DNA of 32,307 bases from Octopus sinensis (Eukaryota), in NCBI RefSeq assembly GCF_006345805.1, contig NW_021829590.1, forward strand, positions 1-32,307, written 5' to 3'. Below are positions 30,672 through 32,307 of this stretch, piece after piece. A model generated the notes under the pieces. It ran no database searches. It had not been told where the DNA came from and was given only the letters and a program-made list of their open reading frames with translations. Within the stretch, counting starts at the first letter, position 1. Every line of letters begins with the position of its first letter. The position numbers were made by a program, and so were the translations under genes.

Positions 30672-31085
30672 AGATATGGTGATTGCCACTTCTTTACAGA
30701 AGGCCATCTTATCAATTAGTAAATGCCGTGATGGGATCTTATATGATTAGCAAGTCTGCTTCTGGACGAATACGCCTTACTGCAGATATTACATTTTCAG
30801 GCAGTAAGGTGTCTGGAATTGAAGTCAAGTCCTGTTTACAAAGTGCTCGTTTTAAGATGGAGCGTTCGATTCTCAGTGTCTCAAATACTTCACAACCACC
30901 GCAGATCACTTCTTTCCAAACCGATCGATTTTTCGTCATCTGCTCCCAGTCTTCAACATCCACACTAAAAGTCTTAAGATCGTTTTCGACAGCATCTCTA
31001 AAATGTTTCTTATGTTTATGTATATATAAGTATGTGTATGTATCGGGCAGTACATCACGTTCCATAAGACAGACATGTCTTTGAA
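30672..31085 (-). mobile_element. 3' fragment of a different (BovB-like) RTE LINE
   Basis: KKHFRDAVENDLKTFSVDVEDWEQMTKNRSVWKEVI matches the RTE C-terminal KR(F/Y)KD...W..LA.DR..WR pattern. It ends in an (AT)n tail. Confidence 0.75.
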
Positions 31086-32307
31086 AAGTAGCGACAAGAT
31101 ATGTTTATTCTGGAATGATTATTCACATATTAACAACACAATTTGAATGAGGAATTATGAAAGTAGGATAATATGATATAATATATACGAAAAAAATACG
31201 AAACATTGTTGCATTCATATTTAAATATACTTACATTTGTTAGTGAAAAAAATTGCAACAAAGCAGACGATTAAGTTATCGGCAGCCATAGTATGGAACA
31301 TTGCATGATGGGAGTTTTAACTAGGCTAATTTTTATTTGTTTCTTTATTTGTGTATTAGAATGCAACACTATTATTATTATTGTTGTTATGAATTTTTAA
31401 AAATATCAATATGATTTGTTGGAACACCAAAATTCTGAATTAATCTTTAAAAAATTGAATTAAAAAGCCAATTGTATTTCATTTTTAACTTTTAACTGTT
31501 TAAGCGACAAAAAATGTAAAAGGTCACGGGAACGTTGATTTGACGACGAGGGTAGGCGAGGCAACTGGTTGGCGTCTTCCAAGTTATCATTTCTAGATTA
31601 TTCAAATGACTGAGAGGAAATTTAAATAACTTTTCTTGCTAAGTGTTGCTTATGAATCCACATAAGGTTAAAAAAAATCCGGGCGGAGACCAAGCCGCAA
31701 GGTAAGTTAAAAACATCTAAAAGCTAGGTATTTTTGTTTTCAAAAACAAAAACATTTGGTCTTATTAAGAGACTAACGTTAAGTTACAATTTTACCTCCT
31801 CCTCCTCACGCTATCCCTCTTTCATTCGATATTACTGCCACCACGTTACTCCTCTTACCTCTTTGTCTTTCTCTTTTTCACTGTCACTCTATTCTTACCT
31901 TTCTTTTCCCTCAGACAGACACATTTACACTCAGACATATTACGCGCGCACACACACAACTTACAAACATATACACACACATAATATATATGTACATATA
32001 CAATGTCTACTCTAAATACCTTGGAAATTCTATATTATATAGTTTGTACACGCAAACAAATGTATGTATACATCGAACAAAATATTGGACTTTTCATTAA
32101 AAGTCTAGTAATGAAAGAACCTCATAAACATTACACAACACACACATACACGTGTGTATACACAGACGTGTTTGTGTTATATATATATATATCCCCACAA
32201 GCTGTATACACAGCCACCCAAATGTCTGCCTTCACTGTCACCAACATACCATTATCATCGTTATTGTACATGGCAACCAACCGATTATTGTTGCTCTTCT
32301 TAATAAT

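Overview
AT-rich, microsatellite- and transposon-dense animal genomic DNA. The SINE/RTE-LINE repertoire looks like an octopod cephalopod, which is my inference and not a database result. The backbone is the 5' half of an NFXL1 (NF-X1-like zinc finger) gene on the minus strand. Seven coding exons (20875 to 6968) splice with GT-AG boundaries and consistent phases into a 357-aa open frame: an RG-rich N-terminus, a C4HC3 RING/PHD-like finger and NF-X1 fingers. There is also one upstream spliced exon (20994-21097). The introns hold a full-length but mutated Ty3/Gypsy LTR retrotransposon (7260-11419, 5-bp TSD ACCAT), three copies of one RTE LINE family, Helitron-like elements, a fold-back MITE, a piggyBac end, tRNA-derived SINEs and long (TA)n-type microsatellites. 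A decayed mariner lies just upstream of the 20994-21097 exon. The best leads are: (i) a stop-free spliced frame through the upstream exon that overlaps the NFXL1 start codon, a candidate bicistronic or uORF protein; (ii) a GGGAAAC slippery site plus H-type pseudoknot at the Gypsy gag-pol junction; (iii) inverted LINE copies bracketing two blocks of NFXL1 exons, which could support circRNA formation or A-to-I editing; (iv) paired, oppositely oriented Helitron-like insertions on either side of (AT)n tracts. No prokaryotic systems, CRISPR arrays, rRNA or intact tRNA genes were seen.
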